From contig NW_025765670.1 of NCBI RefSeq assembly GCF_003918875.1, positions 496,001 through 560,000 of the forward strand: DNA of 64,000 nt, given 5' to 3'. The stretch comes from Haliotis rubra (Eukaryota). A program made the translations under genes and the position numbers. Under the pieces are notes generated by a model that was not told where the DNA came from, searched no databases, and saw only the letters and a list, made by a program, of their open reading frames with translations. This document shows, piece by piece, positions 40,501 to 54,633 of this stretch; position 1 is the first letter of the stretch; each line of letters starts with the position of its first letter.

Positions 40501-43500
40501 ATTTCATCCTTAAATCAGTTGATACTTATTTCAGTATTCTATTAAATTAACCATCAATATTTTGATATTTCAACATTAGTATTTGCAACTGTTTTAACTG
40601 ATCACCTTAATCTCTGTACTAAGTTATTATGATTCATGACCAAGTCACATCACGCCCCTCTGTCAACAGTGTGCCGGACACAACCAGGAAGCCCTACTCT
40701 GATGAAGTCAATGAGAAAGACTACAACTTTGTTTCCATTGAAAAATTCGAGATTGATATCAAAATGGTAAGGCAGTTTGTACAAAGTTTAATTGGGTAAC
40801 ATTGAGATTGATATCAAAATGGTAAGGCAGTTTGTACATCACAAAGTTTGATTGTATTCCAAGATATGGTAACATTGTTCTAAAAGTTTGTTTACTTTTT
40901 GTCTATTTTATTATTTGGTTCATCCATTCACTAAAGATATACAGCCGTCACAAATACACCCCATATCATCTGTGTGTATTTACAGGGGATTGCGGAAATG
41001 TACTAAATTCGAAGATATGAAGTAATGATGATTTTATTCAAAGCGAAACATTACAGCTTCAGGTTCATGGATCCATAAACCAAGTACAATAATAAAAGTG
41101 TGGCCTTAAAAGAAAAGACATGATAACTTTGTCTATTCATATCAAAGCATGTTATAAATGGAAGTAATTTTGCATAAACCAAATTTTGAAGACTATTATC
41201 CCAAAGGGTAAACCAAGTAATAAAAAGTGTGGGTATAAGACAAACAACAGTGTTCATATATTGATCTTCATGTGATGCAGACAGATGGCATATGATAAAT
41301 CATGGAGGCTAAACATAGACATCCTAAGAGATGCAAATAGATTCATACACTGCAGGCGTAACAGAAGACATTTAAGATGAAAGTTCCAGGCATGATTATT
41401 TACAGACCACCATCATATAGCTGGAATATTGCTGAGTGCGGTGTAAAACTAAACTCACTCACTCACTCTAACAGTTAAAGCGTAAACATTTCCTAACATT
41501 TAGAGATAATATACCATGGTTATGGAAGCTTAGGTGAAAAGCAATTAAAAAGATATACCATGGTATTAGTAGAACCACAGTATTTTGCCAGCTGGAATAT
41601 TGCTGAGTGCTGCATTGAACAAGCAATTAAAATTATGTTTTCAACACCTTACATGTTAAATGTGCCATCAGTGCCCAAATTCCTTTTTTGATTACGGCAT
41701 TAAATGCATCCACCCCTCGTTTTTTGAAAATCCTGTATCTGTCCCATCACCAGTGAAGCACACGCTGTTTGGTAAATGTCAAAGACCTTGATTACTTGGA
41801 CCAACATCAAATAAACATTATTGGATATAACAGAAATACTGTTCAGGGGTGGAAATAACCCATTGCTCGACGCCCGAGTCCAGTGGTTTTTTCTGTCGGG
41901 CAAGCAAATTTGTATATCACACTGTACCGGTGTCCAGTTGACTTTCCAATATTAATTATGTTGTTTATTTAAAAATCAACAAGAAAACGGCCGGTATAGT
42001 GAAAAAACTATCAGGGCAAGTGATTTACATGTGCCACTGTACCGGAGTACACTAGCAATTTTAAAGTTATTTCCACCCCTGCTGTTCAAAGTGACTTTGA
42101 ACATAGATTAATGAGATTAACCACTTTGTTTGATCTAGGGTCAGTTAATCCAGTCCAGCGAATACCACGGTGACTGGTACGGTCTTCAGATGGAGTCTGT
42201 AGAGGCCGTGGCCAGAGAGGGTCTGGCTTGTGTGGTCCATATGGAGCTGGAGGTAAGTCATGTGGTGGTCAATACAACATTAGTACACAATAGAACATAG
42301 AACATCAGATATAAAAACTCTGTAATTGTAACGACACTCAAACCAATATACAACAGTCCAACTAGGTTTACAACTTGGTGTAAGCTCCCTCAGTTGCTTT
42401 GTGTGTGAGAAACCATGAGCGATTCACACTGTTATTAACTGTCACACTGTGTTTAACTTTTTAAAGTCTCTTACGCCATGTAATGAGTTCTGTACTAACC
42501 AGTGAATAAACATTGGGTTATCTGAAAAATTCCTTTAGATCGTGGATTATGGATCACCTACTGCTAGTTTCCTGACTGTAACTGGAATTTTAGAAAAGAC
42601 ATATATATTTTAACAAAGGAGGATTTTTGTTGATCACTGGATTGTCTGATCCAGACTCAATTATTTACAGACTGCCGCCATATAGCTGGAATATTGCTGA
42701 GTGCGGTGTAAAACTAAACTCACTTACTCTAACAGTTAAAGCGTAAACATTTCCTAACATTTAGAGATAATCTCTCTGTTATGGAAGTTAGGGGTGAAAG
42801 AATATACCATGGTATTAGTAGAACCACAGTATTTTGCCTTCGGTTCGGTATACTGTAATGCAATCCCAAAAATCGGTATTTTTGGTTTTCAGGCCATTAT
42901 TTCTATCTAATCATAAAATGACTATTTTGTTCATTCAAAATAACAAAGATTATGATTCTTTTTCCATGTTATTAAACAATGTAAGGTTTGGCTCTTGTTG
43001 TCAATTTTCTGATGATCATATCTCATATACCAATTTGAAACAAAACGTACCGAAGGCCTTGTACCGCAATATACAGTACAGTACCATGGTAAAATCGTAC
43101 CATTTCACCCTAAATGGAAGTCAAGAATTATCTTGCAAATGTTGGTTTCAGGGGGTACTGTCACTGAAAAACACGTACTTTGAGCCAAGGTATGTGCTGA
43201 TACTTCCCTTGGATCATGAGGCTCACGAGCGCCGACTCCGTGAGAGAGGAGTGTACTCTGAGCAGCAGATCATAGACACTTTGAAGAGAGCTGAAATGTA
43301 CAAGGACTACAACCAGGACCACCCAGGCTTCTTCGACATGAAGATCAACAGTGGTAAGTGAACATTGGTCTCACACAGGTCAGTCTAAGTAAACTTAGGC
43401 TCAGTATTATTCGTTACACTCAGCGTTTAAAATTCCCGCCTGCCCGACCGTCCAGAATGGTCTCTATTTCATCTTGGACGGTTGTTGAATTTCAAAAGTA

Positions 43501-46500
43501 GCCTGTCCGTGGTCTGCTAGATGTTTTTACCCCTAACAGTAAATATTTCATAATATCAGGTTCTCTTGTCATTTTAAACTATTTACGATTGGACATTTCT
43601 TTTTACAATAACCAATCACAACACATGTACTTTCAGTTTACCTAAACTCAATGCATTGCCTGTTAGTGCTATGTTGTTTATTGCGATGCCTACAAACAGT
43701 AAAGTATTCATAAACCTGATTTCTTTGTATATTTTTCATTGTTGAAAACCGGACAGGCAAGTTTGTATCCGGACTGGTAATTTTTTAAAGTTACCAGTCC
43801 AGCTGTCTGGCTTGGAATTTTGGGAGTTTAAACACTGTTACACTGATATACTGAGTCTAACAAATCCTAGTAGAAGGTCGCGTCAGCTAACCTTTCAGTG
43901 ACCTATGACCATCCAATCAAATGCGAGATATCCAAACAGATTTAACCAATCAGACAACGGATACTATTTAGGGTTCAGCAGGACTTTCAAAACGGTTTTT
44001 GGATTTTTGTCTTCCCTGGTCGCTGATACTAATCTCTGAACATCCGTTTATTATTTAGATTGAATGGTTCAAGTAAAAATTAACAAAACTCATTTATTCG
44101 ATCTTCTTTAATCCAGTGTTGAGATTTCGTATTGGGCTGGCATGATGCTTAAGGCTGATAGCTCGAATTTCTAACATCCAATTGCTGTCTAGTTATTGTA
44201 TGCCAGATAAGAGCAGTGAGATAGTTAAAGGTTCCAGACATCGTGCCAAAAGGTCGGGCTCAATTGACCACATGAGTACCAGTACATTGTATGAAGCCCA
44301 TTTCTGGTGTCCCAAACAATGGTAGTACTTGAATAATGCTGAAATGGTGCAAAAACAAAACGCACTCACTTACTTATGCCAATCAAACCAATCATGATCC
44401 CAACAAGTTTAATACCTCATAGTTGCATTACCTCCCTTGAATTGTTGCCTAACTATTAGTGTTGGGAATTGGTTAAAATCTCATAATTGATGATTGGTAC
44501 ATTACAACCGATCAATCATCGAAAATAATTGGTTAGCGTCATTTATGAAATGTGTTAATGCACACAAAAAATAAAGAAAAAAATATGCAGTTCTTGGGGT
44601 TTTTTTGGCAAATTTTCACATCTTTAAAGGATGACTAGTATGGAGGAACATAAATTTCTTTAAGTCTTAAGATAAATTCAATCATGACTTGGAACAAGCT
44701 TGTAGTGCTTATGAAATTTAACAGACAAAACCAACTTAGTAAAAAATACTGTTAATGAAAACAAGTGTTCTAGAATTGTTTGTGTTCGATTATGAGAAAA
44801 CATGATCGATTGCTTGGTCGTTTAGTCACTGCGACCAATCTTCAAATATTTCAATTAATCGGACCACCACTACTAACTATACCTAAATTATCATGCCCAT
44901 AGATGACATCCAAGAAGGCTACCGTCGCCTGCGTCACCTGGTGATGGACTACCTGGGCATCAGCTCCATGTCGCCCACCACGATGACCGACCCCACCACT
45001 AACTATGAGGAGGCGCATGGGGAGACCGATGTGTACCCCCTCCCTGGTGGTGCCTCTGCCACCATGATGGGGGCACGCACCTGGTCTAAACCAAGCCTTC
45101 CAGACAGCATGTCACAGACCAGAGGCAAAGTTACCTCCCCTGCTACAACTGGAAGGGGGATTGTGGTGAGTTGGAAACAGATATATGTCTGCAGTAATTA
45201 AACACCATGAGTTTTTTGGAAGAGAGGCAAACAGGGAATTTGATTATAATGTATGATGAACAAATTTGGAGTAATGATGTTGTTTGTCTGAATGAAACCT
45301 CGGAACGGGAGTATTTGCATGTGTTTGATATGCATTGGAACTAGGCTTGATCCATTTGAAGGCAGTATTTGATGCAGTTAACCTGAACCCTGTTTGTCTA
45401 GAAACTACTGGGGTGGCTGGGTAGCCTAGTGGTTAAAGCGTTCGCTCGTCACGTCGAAGTCCAGGGTTCGATTACCCACATGGGTACAATGTGTGAAGCC
45501 CATTTTTAGTGTGGCTTGGAAGTTTGGGAGTGTTTGTAATGATGTTCTGAAAACATTCATGCAATTCCTGTGTCCCGATAAATTGTATTGGAGATATGGC
45601 GGGTCCAGTGGTCGAAGGTGCCACGATTCTGGGTACAGAGTTGTATCCCTTGAACATCCCAGAATCTGCTAATCTTCCTTCAGTCCTGTGCATGTGATAA
45701 ACATCAACAACCTGCATCACTTTAAGCTGTTGGTCACTTGATTGTCTGGTCCAAACTTGATTATTCACAGACCGCTGCCATATAGCTGGAATATTGCTTA
45801 GTGCGGGGTAAAACAACAAGCAAACAAATTTTGTGTTTTCCTGAATCAGGTCAACTGTTCCATACCATTTACAGTGATCTCGTTTATTCAGATAATATCC
45901 TTCCTGACAGAATTGTCCATCTTGTCAAACTTTAGGGTAACATCCCATGTGTACTGAGGAATGTCCTATATATCTAAATGTTCCTCACAGCACCCCCTCA
46001 CTCACTCACCTGTGTATTTCAGGAGGAGGAGTCCCTACGGAGGAGACACAGTGCAGCTAAGGAGGTAGTGGCAGGCTATGTGCCTCCCCTGTATGAACAG
46101 CTGCTCACTGGGTAGGTACCCAACTGATATTCAAACATATTGTCAGGATTCTGATGGGGGTATACATTTATTGTGTTATAAAAATTCTAGACGGGAAGTC
46201 AGAAGGTAATTTGTGCTTGATTTATAAAAAAGTGGAAAATCAGTATATAATTAAGAATTGTTATTCAGTTCAGGTTCTTATTCACTCCAGGGGCGGTGTT
46301 AAAGTGGTTAAAGTGTTCGCTCGTCACCAAAGACCCAGGTTCGATTCCCCACATGGGTACAATGTGTGAAGCCCATTTCTGGTGTCCCCCGCCATGAAAT
46401 CACTTAAATATTGCTATAAGCGGCGTAAAACTCAATCCTGGTAGCCTAAGGATTAAAGCAGTCACTTGTAACGGCGAAGATCGGGGTTTTTATTCCTCAC

Positions 46501-47028
46501 TTGGGAATCATGTGTGAAATTCTGATGAAATTCCATTCTGATGTCCCCCACCATGGAATTGTTGGAATATTTCTAATATCTCTATTCCCTGTTGTACAGA
46601 TATCCCAAGACAGCCCCTCAAGCTGTAGATGGCCAAGTAGGTCTGGGTGATGAGATGGACCTTCGTCCTTCTCCGCCCCCGTCAACACCATCAGTGTGGA
46701 GAACAGCGGCGCTCTTCCACCCGCATCACCTGACTCAAGCACTGAAGATGAAGGATCGGGTTCTGGGCTCTCCGACTTAGACTCTGCCACAGAGCTACAG
46801 AGAGGCAGCACCCCACCCAGTCAGAACAACGCTGATAAAGGCTTTCTGCCTACAGAAACTGTGAACCCACTCGAACTGATTTCTGAACAGGGATACAAAT
46901 CAGCCTCCAACGGAGAGCTCCCTGCTCCTCGACCACCCTCTGCACCTCGACCTGCCTCACGCAACAGGCCAGGGTCAGATCGACATAAAGTGTTGCCACC
47001 CATCAACAATTCAGTTCCTGTGTCATAG
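31506..47028 (+). CDS. LRGUK: Leucine-rich repeat and guanylate kinase domain-containing protein; 16 exons: 31506-31724, 31897-32004, 33555-33636, 34363-34545, 35404-35528, 35684-35737, 37197-37286, 37799-37966, 39031-39137, 39667-39786, 40670-40766, 42139-42252, 43152-43353, 44903-45165, 46023-46111, 46600-47028 (~816 aa; last exon has a 1-nt deletion near 46666 relative to copy 2)
   Basis: GT-AG exons in phase. SDS22-type LRRs (LDASHNQL, VDLSFNQI, LNLSGNKI), LRR cap (LLQNPV..PDYR), guanylate kinase P-loop GPQGSGKK, TTRKP..E....DYNFVS, YHGDWYG. AATAAA at 47615. Confidence 0.92.
36799..37015. mobile_element. MITE
   Basis: ~38-bp TIR CATGAG..CAGACCAATTTTATTT.TTGTTT.ACAGAT. Confidence 0.7.
37509..37758 (+). 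mobile_element. SINE-like family B, full copy in an LRGUK intron
   Basis: Colinear with 24114-24354, (ACTC)n tail. Confidence 0.88.
38421..38598. mobile_element. MITE
   Basis: ~24-bp TIR GGACCGTTCATAATTTATGG.TAG. Confidence 0.7.
39878..40280 (+). mobile_element. Helentron-associated (HINE/DINE-like) non-autonomous element
   Basis: Sub-terminal IR TCCCTCGCCAC / GTGGCAGGGGA, (TCCA)n microsatellite, two internal ~170-bp tandem units (39948, 40117). Confidence 0.6.
41844..42081. mobile_element. hAT-type MITE, inverted copy of 27399-27661
   Basis: Same TIRs and highly similar interior. Confidence 0.85.
44457..44872. mobile_element. hAT-type MITE
   Basis: TAGTG...CACTA termini and a perfect 8-bp TSD CTAACTAT (44449-44456, 44873-44880). 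Confidence 0.85.
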
Positions 47029-48969
47029 CAGCTTGTTTAAGTTGCGAAGCTTGTCTGTGATTTGTAAAATAACATGATAGTTCATGTGTCGATTTTACTT
47101 AAGAAATTGGAAGTTTCATTTTTCTGTAATAACATGAAATGTACAATGTTTGTTCAAGCCTAAATCATGTTAATGTCCAATCATTTGAAGTTTGTTTAAA
47201 TTGTCTTTTAATATATCATTCAAATGGTTAAAAGTATTATACGTACTGAAGTTATACAGGCATGATGAATATCACTGTTTAGAAATCGAGCTGTTTTGGG
47301 GCTGTTGGGGTAGCCTTGTGGTTAAACATCCACTTTGGTGACCCACATGGGTACAGTGTGTGGAGCCAGTTTCTTGCATCTTCCACAGTGTCATGTCATG
47401 CTTTATGAATAGATGTCTACCCATGCTAGGGTGTACATGACACCTCTATGTGTGTAAAAGTTGGTAGACAATAGATGTTTTCATATGACCCATGTTTTTA
47501 TATTCTGCAGTACTTTGCATATTTTGTAAATAATGTATGTAATGTTCATATTGTGCTTTTGGAATGTGAAAGTGTAATTATTAAATGAATACCTAGAAGA
47601 ATTATTCCTTTTTTAATAAACATTCTTAAAGAATGCAACCACCACTGCCACCAAATCCCACATAAACTTTAAATTGATTTATGACTTGTGAGCACCACAC
47701 CCATATAGGAATATAGGAAGGCGTTTCCTATTCTCGCGGTACTTACAGATATCGGCTGAAAAAATAACACAAACAATTCTTACCGTATGAAAGCTCATTG
47801 TTCTTAGATGAAGGGCCTTCTCCTCTAACATCTACAGCCATCAGCTGCCAGATCCATCACTTTTGAGCCCGGTGATAAACAGTTCCACGCGCCATTGACG
47901 ACATGAGGCAGTCACGTCACGGAGTTTTGATCACTAGCAGACTTGGGCCACTTCCTAGTTACCGTTCGGCAAAGTAAACAACCAGTAGGTGTCGCACATC
48001 GGCGATTTCGGTATAAAACATGTTTACCGCAAGAATAGGAGACAGAACTATGTGTGGGTCTGACCAAATCTTTGAACATCTGAGAACGGCATCAGTTAGG
48101 GAGTTCCTCCTACATTAAGCTGACATGGCATGAACTACAGTAGCTGAAGTACTGTATTAACATGACACAGAGCCAGTAAACATTCAACATCTGAACTTAA
48201 CTGCCTCATTCTAAAATTAAGTTGGAATTTTTCACTGTTGACTAAATCCAACAAACAAGTTGTAAGATAAACATTTATTCTTTCGTAACAACCTACAGAG
48301 AAGACACTTGCAACTAACGGTACAAGATCAATCTGTGAAAAATAGCACATTCAACATCTTCACCAAGACAGTATCCAAATAATAACCATTCATGAACATA
48401 TATTTTACACGTCCTCACCAACTCCTCTACATTATCTATGGTCAAAACTAATTATGTTAGCATGGGGATCCTTTTCATATCACTGATTCTAAAAGATGAA
48501 AGCAGGTGGCCCATGATTGGAATAATATAGAGAACTTTTTCTTGGATTCAAGAAACTGAGAGACATTACAAAGATAGCATGATAAATGCAATCCTGGAGT
48601 TTCCACTCACAAGACATGTTAGTGAAGTTTTATTTCAGCACAATGGCCACAGGCCCACGTACTCATGACACATACATGACACATACATGACACATACATG
48701 ACACAATGGCAACTTTCAAGCTAGTCTAGTGAGCCTGATAAGTGTATGTAACCAGTGTTCCTTTTAACAGTATACAAAGTCAATGTATACAAGTTACAAG
48801 TGAGTACGGACTGAGAATGGTACAACAGCATACGTGAGAACAATTCACTCTGAAAACCATGATAATACCTTGGTCCACATTTGTACAAATATTGGACTGG
48901 GGATTTTGGTTTCTTTATGTCTCCAATCACACTCTGGAACACATTCCACACACAAGTCTTTGGGACACA

Positions 48970-49989
48970 TCACTTCCTCTTCATCGCTCTCTTTCGCTCT
49001 CTTTCCTTCTCCCTTCTTGGGCTTCACTTTCCCCCTCAGTGCCTTTTAACCTTGTCATATCTCCTCTTGAAAGTCTAAATGTTCATCCCTGGAAAAAGGA
49101 CAAGATTTGGACACTTTGACAAGGTTTTGTTACACAATATTTGTGACATCTGCTTTATGAGTAAAGATAGGCTCTCAGCATTATTCTAGCTATGTTACAG
49201 CAGTCTGAAAGTAATTGAGTCTGGTCAAGACAGTCAAGTGATTAACATAACTTGAGTCAAAGCATCAGTTTATGCAAAGGGGATACAATATCAACTATCA
49301 ATCGAGTGTGACTTCCTGATTCCATTTAGTCACCTCTTGCAACACTCTTTAAGTCTTTACTCTTTAAGTCAATCATGGGTTGATGAAGACCCAATCTTCA
49401 AGGAAATGCTGTATGACCATCTTAAGACGACCTGTACTCAATTTTCATCAAAGAACTGAATCCCCGCCGTGATATCTCTGGAATATTGCTAAAAAGCGGC
49501 GTAAAACTAAACTCACTCACTCAAAGGACTGAAATCATTGGTTACAGCATTTGCTAGCAATTAGTCTCTGAAATGAACACATTTTACAGTAAAACATGGG
49601 TTCTAACTTACATTCAGAAAATATAATAAAAAGAGGCCCAATTATTTTTTCATTTTCAGCCTGAAACTGAGGTAATCTAGGCTTGCCACATACTCCAAGA
49701 CACAAATGGGCTGTATTGATTGCATATTTGTTTCCGTGTCTGTATGACTGACTAGTTACAGCGTATAAGGAACACTTTACCTAAACAAGCCATGTTTCCT
49801 GAGTTTGATCATGAGACCGTTGGTGTCCTTGTACCGAGGGTAGTAGTTGACCACTTCTGGATTCAGATTGGGAGGGAGTTCCCTCATCAGCCTCACCACC
49901 TTCATGGAACGCAGACTGGTTGGACGAGCTACTTCACCAAAGATGCGAGCAGCCAGGTGACCCATTCGCTTTGCATAATTGGATGCCAT
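48970..49989 (-). pseudogene. MRPS33: MRPS33 copy 1 (exons 49989-49781, 49088-48970), disrupted in the last exon as assembled
   Basis: First coding exon intact (MASNYAKRM..ARIFGEVARPT..LRKHGLFR). Last exon has an extra AT giving ATA TGA, an extra A and a 10-nt duplication versus copy 2. Confidence 0.75.
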
Positions 49990-51923
49990 CAGGTCACCAA
50001 CTCCTTCAAAAAGAATCACAAAAATCATATATGCTATCATATACTGGCGATATATACCTGTCAATATGGTTTAACAAACATTTAATGCTTTTGGATGACT
50101 TATTGATGCACCATGGCATATGTACAAGAGATAAAATAACAGCCTGCAAATCTCATGTTGACTGTTTGGGTCTGCTTAGGGGCCAAACTGAACATCTCAG
50201 AGTATCTTAAGTGTTGTTTATTTAAAACATTTCAGAGTGGTCCTTTAGACTACAACCCGTTTCACACATTCAAATTAAGATGACAGTTCGGAATCGATTA
50301 CACGCACGCACGCACGCACGCACACGCCGGTTAAGCTCCTTAAATTGTTCAGAATATCATTACACAGAAAGTTTGTCATCGGACAGATGAAGATGATTCT
50401 TCGTTAAATCTTCGTGCCACGTGATACTTGAGGTCTGGAAGCCTTTCGGCAACTCATACGCTTAAAGTGATAATTGGCAAAATTACAATAAACGCATCAA
50501 GTAACATACATACACCGTGACTTTCCAAAAGGTCAAAAGATATCAGCTCAAATTTTCCGCAGACATGCTACCCGGAAGCGGAAATGCGAACAACATTTGG
50601 AAATACTTCTTGAAATAGGATTCATATACACATTACGTAGAGTCATAATAAAATGTAATTGCATTATAGTTCGCTTTATAGTGACATTGACCAACAAATG
50701 ATAATAAGATCCAAACAAATTCGCCATCCTGTTGAATTTTCTGCAACCGATAGGATGGTTTCGTTTCGTTTTTGATGTATTTCGAGAGAGAAACAGGGAG
50801 ATAACCAATTTAACACCAAGAGCGCGTAAATCAAGCTGTTCCCATTCAAAATGTTGCTACAACTGTTACGACTTGTTGCTGTATTTGCCTCCAATGAAAG
50901 GTATAACTTCAAGCAATAAAACCTATTCGAGCTTCCAATAAACACACCGCCCATCACGACATCTCTTCAATAGTCCAAATCATTTAATGAATGGACGTTG
51001 AACTAGTCCTATTCTGTGATATGTATTCAGCTTGTTGCGGCAGTCTATGTGTATTGCCACTAACCGAATAACTTACAGTTTGTTTTAATGGTAAGATTTC
51101 CTCCCGTTCCCTCATCCTAAATAATATTGTATAAATATAAAATTATTAACAAAACTTAACACAACAATTACTAGAGAACTCACAAAATGACTAAAAGTCC
51201 AAAATTCAAGTTAGGGTTAGGTTTAGGGTTGGGGGAACGGAAGGAACTCTTTCCGCACAATAATAAAAAATTAAAGACAGTGATTGTATAATGTAATCAT
51301 GTTAACAGGACAAGATCTGCACCTGTCAGGTGTGAATTACATCAAATACTCAAAAGAATATTGCAAAACAGTAACTAATTTTAATATTAGGCATGTCACT
51401 GTACGTATTCATTATTATGCAGTATTTTCATTGTGTCGGATGAATTGTTCAAAATAGGAGAAAGTGTTGCACAGTGTAAAACCTTGACTCTACTGCGTTT
51501 ACATTTTTTATAAGTCATATATAGCTGCCCTTTGGGGAAAGACTTCACCCGTATCCCCCCTTAAATTTCATGCTAGTCAAATCATATTACCTGAATATAT
51601 ATATATTCCTCATCTGATAAGGATGAGTTTTTTAATATGTTTCCTTAATTGTATCTGAACATACTGAAAGACATATCCAACTTCTAAAAATGCCACTTCG
51701 AAGAAATTTGTCTCATCTTTAAAATTTAGGGGATACAGGCGGAAGTCTTACCCCCTTTGGTATGAAGGGTTTGTAATTCATATTTTTTTGCATTATTGCA
51801 GTTGAGAATCTAAGGATGGAAAATCTATCAATTTGCCTTAGAGTAATAATGTACTGACTTATTTTACAGACTGGAGGTGGGACAAGGTGAATGATACCAT
51901 GGTGAATATAATGACCAGTCACA

Positions 51924-52289
51924 ATGAATGGCTGTATCATCCCCGGGACTGACATTGCAGTAGACTTTTGGAAGATTAGGAAAGAACCCACCTCTCATCT
52001 GACATTTTTCCTCACCCATCTCCACGGTGACCATATTGTAGGTTTGACATCCTCATGGTCTCGTCCAATCTACTGCACAGAGGTCACTGCTCAACTGCTA
52101 GGGAAACGGCATGGCCTTCAACCCAAGTACCTCAGACCTCTGGAGGTGGGAGAATGTCACATGATCACAACCAGAGGGAAAATGGAGACTATTTGTAGTG
52201 ACAGTCATCGATGCCAACCACTGCCCTGAATGCGGCCATGTTTTGTTTGAGGGAACTTTTGGCAAGATCCTACACACAGGGGATTTCAG
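51924..52289 (+). pseudogene. DCLRE1B: DCLRE1B (Apollo/SNM1B) copy 1: first coding exon only, with indels, cut off by the duplication junction
   Basis: MNG..IP.T.IAVDFW, HLHGDH. The frame is lost after ~52190 relative to copy 2, and no exon 2 occurs before 52484. Confidence 0.8.
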
Positions 52290-52513
52290 GTAATACAGCC
52301 GTAACTTGTAGATGTAAGCTGTGTAATACATCATGATTGGTTATAAAACACACACACACACACACACACACACCTAACACACATACACACCCCATTGGCT
52401 CCGCCAACGCAAAAAAAATCTTCAGTGTGGTCTTAAGTCATTTTTCAAAAGGGGGTTCGAACCCCTGACCCCCCCTCTGGATCCTAACTATACCTATATT
52501 ATCATGCCCATAG

Positions 52514-54633
52514 ATGACATCCAAGAAGGCTACCGTCAGCCTGCGTCACCTGGTGATGGACTACCTGGGTATCAGCTCCATGTAAGCCCACCACGATGAC
52601 CCGACCCCACCACTAACTATGAGGGAGGCGATGGGGAGACCCGATGTACCCCTCCCTGGTGGTGCCTCAGCCACCATGATGGGGGCACGCACCTGGTCTA
52701 AACCAAGCCTTCCAGACAGCATGTCACAGACCAGAGGCAAAGTTACCTCCCCTGCTACAACTGGAAGGGGGATTGTGGTGAGTTGGAAACAGATATATGT
52801 CTGCAGTAATTAAACACCATGAGTTTTTTGGAAGAGAGGCAAACAGGGAATTTGATTATAATGTATGATGAACAAATTTGGAGTCATGATGTTGTTTGTC
52901 TGAATGAAACCTCGGAACGGGAGTATTTGCATGTGTTTGATATGCATTGGAACTAGGCTTGATCCATTTGAAGGCAGTATTTGATGCAGTTAACCTGAAC
53001 CCTGTTTGTCTAGAAACTACTGGGGTGGCTGGGTAGCCTAGTGGTTAAAGCGCTCGCTCGTCACGCCGAGGTCCAGGGTTCGATTACCCACATGGGTACA
53101 ATGTGTGAAGCCCATTTTTAGTGTGGCTTGGAAGTTTGGGAGTGTTTGTAATGATGTTCTGAAAACATTCATGCAATTCCTGTGTCCCGATAAATTGTAT
53201 TGGAGATATGGCGGGTCCAGTGGTCGAAGGTGCCACGATTCTGTGTACAGAGTTGTATCCCTTGAACATCCCAGAATCTGCTAATCTTCCTTCAGTCCTG
53301 TACATGTGATAAACATCAACAACCTGCATCACTTTAAGCTGTTGGTCACTTGATTGTCTGGTCCAAACTTGATTATTCACAGACCGCTGCCATATAGCTG
53401 GAATATTGCTTAGTATGGCATTTAACAACAAGCAAACACATTTTGTGTTGTCCTGAATCAGTTCAACTGTTTTATACCATTCTAGTGATCTCATTTATTC
53501 AGATGATATCCTTCCTAACGGAATTGTCCATCTTGTCAAACTTCAGGGTAACACCTTATGTGTACTGTGGAAACTTCTATATATATAAATGTTCCTGACA
53601 GCACCCCTTCACTCACTCACCTGTGTATTTCAGGAGGAGGAGTCCCTACGGAGGAGACACAGTGCAGCTAAGGAGGTAGTGGCAGGCTATGTGCCTCCCC
53701 TGTATGAACAGCTGCTCACTGGGTAGGTGTCCAACTGACACTCAAACATATTGTCAGGATTCTGATGGGGGTATACATTTATTGTGTTATAATTTGAGAC
53801 GGGAAGTCAGAAGGTAATTTGTGCTGGATTTATATAAAAAAGTGGAAAATTAAGAATTGTTACTCAGTTCAGGTTCTTATTCACTCAGGGGCGGTGTGGT
53901 AGCCTAGTGGTTAAAGTGTTCGCTTGTCACGCCAAAGACCCAGGTTCGATTCCCCAAATGAGTACAATGTGTGAAGCCCATTTCTGGTGTCCCCCGCCAT
54001 GACATCCCTTGAATATTGCTATAAGCGGCGTAAAACTCAATCCTGGTAGCCTAAGGATTAAAGCAGTCACTTGTCACGGCAAAGATCAGGGTTCGATTCC
54101 TCACTTGGGAATTATGTGTCAAATTCTGATGAAATTCCATTCTGATGTCCCCCACCATGGAATTGTTGGAATATTTCTAATATCTCTATTCCCTGTTGTA
54201 CAGATATCCCAAGACAGCCCCTCAAGCTGTGGATGGCCAAGTAGGTCTGGGTGATGAGATTGACCTTCGTGCCTTCTCCGCCCCCGTCAACACCATCAGT
54301 GTGGAGAACAGCGGCGCTCTTCCACCCGCGTCACCTGACTCAAGCACTGAAGATGAAGGATCGGGTTCTGGGCTCTCCGACTTAGACTCTGCCACAGAGC
54401 TACAGAGAGGCAACACCCCACCCAGTCAGAACAACGCTGATAAAGGCCTCCTGCCTACAGAAACTGTGAACCCACTCGAACTGATTTCTGAACAGGGATA
54501 CAAATCAGCCTCCAACAGAGAGCTCCCTGCTCCTCGACCACCCTCTGCACCTCGACCTGCCTCACGCAACAGGCCAGGGTCAGATCGACATAAAGTGTTG
54601 CCACCCATCAACAATTCAGTTCCTGTGTCATAG
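52514..54633 (+). pseudogene. LRGUK: Duplicated LRGUK exons 14-16 (52514-~52778 with several indels, 53634-53722, 54204-54633 intact)
   Basis: Near-identical to 44903-47028; no upstream exons in this copy. Confidence 0.8.

Noticed and set aside
51210-51232. Telomeric repeat (TTAGGG-like) upstream of Apollo
   Set aside because: Only about three imperfect units, a common repeat-associated pattern; proximity to Apollo is likely coincidental.
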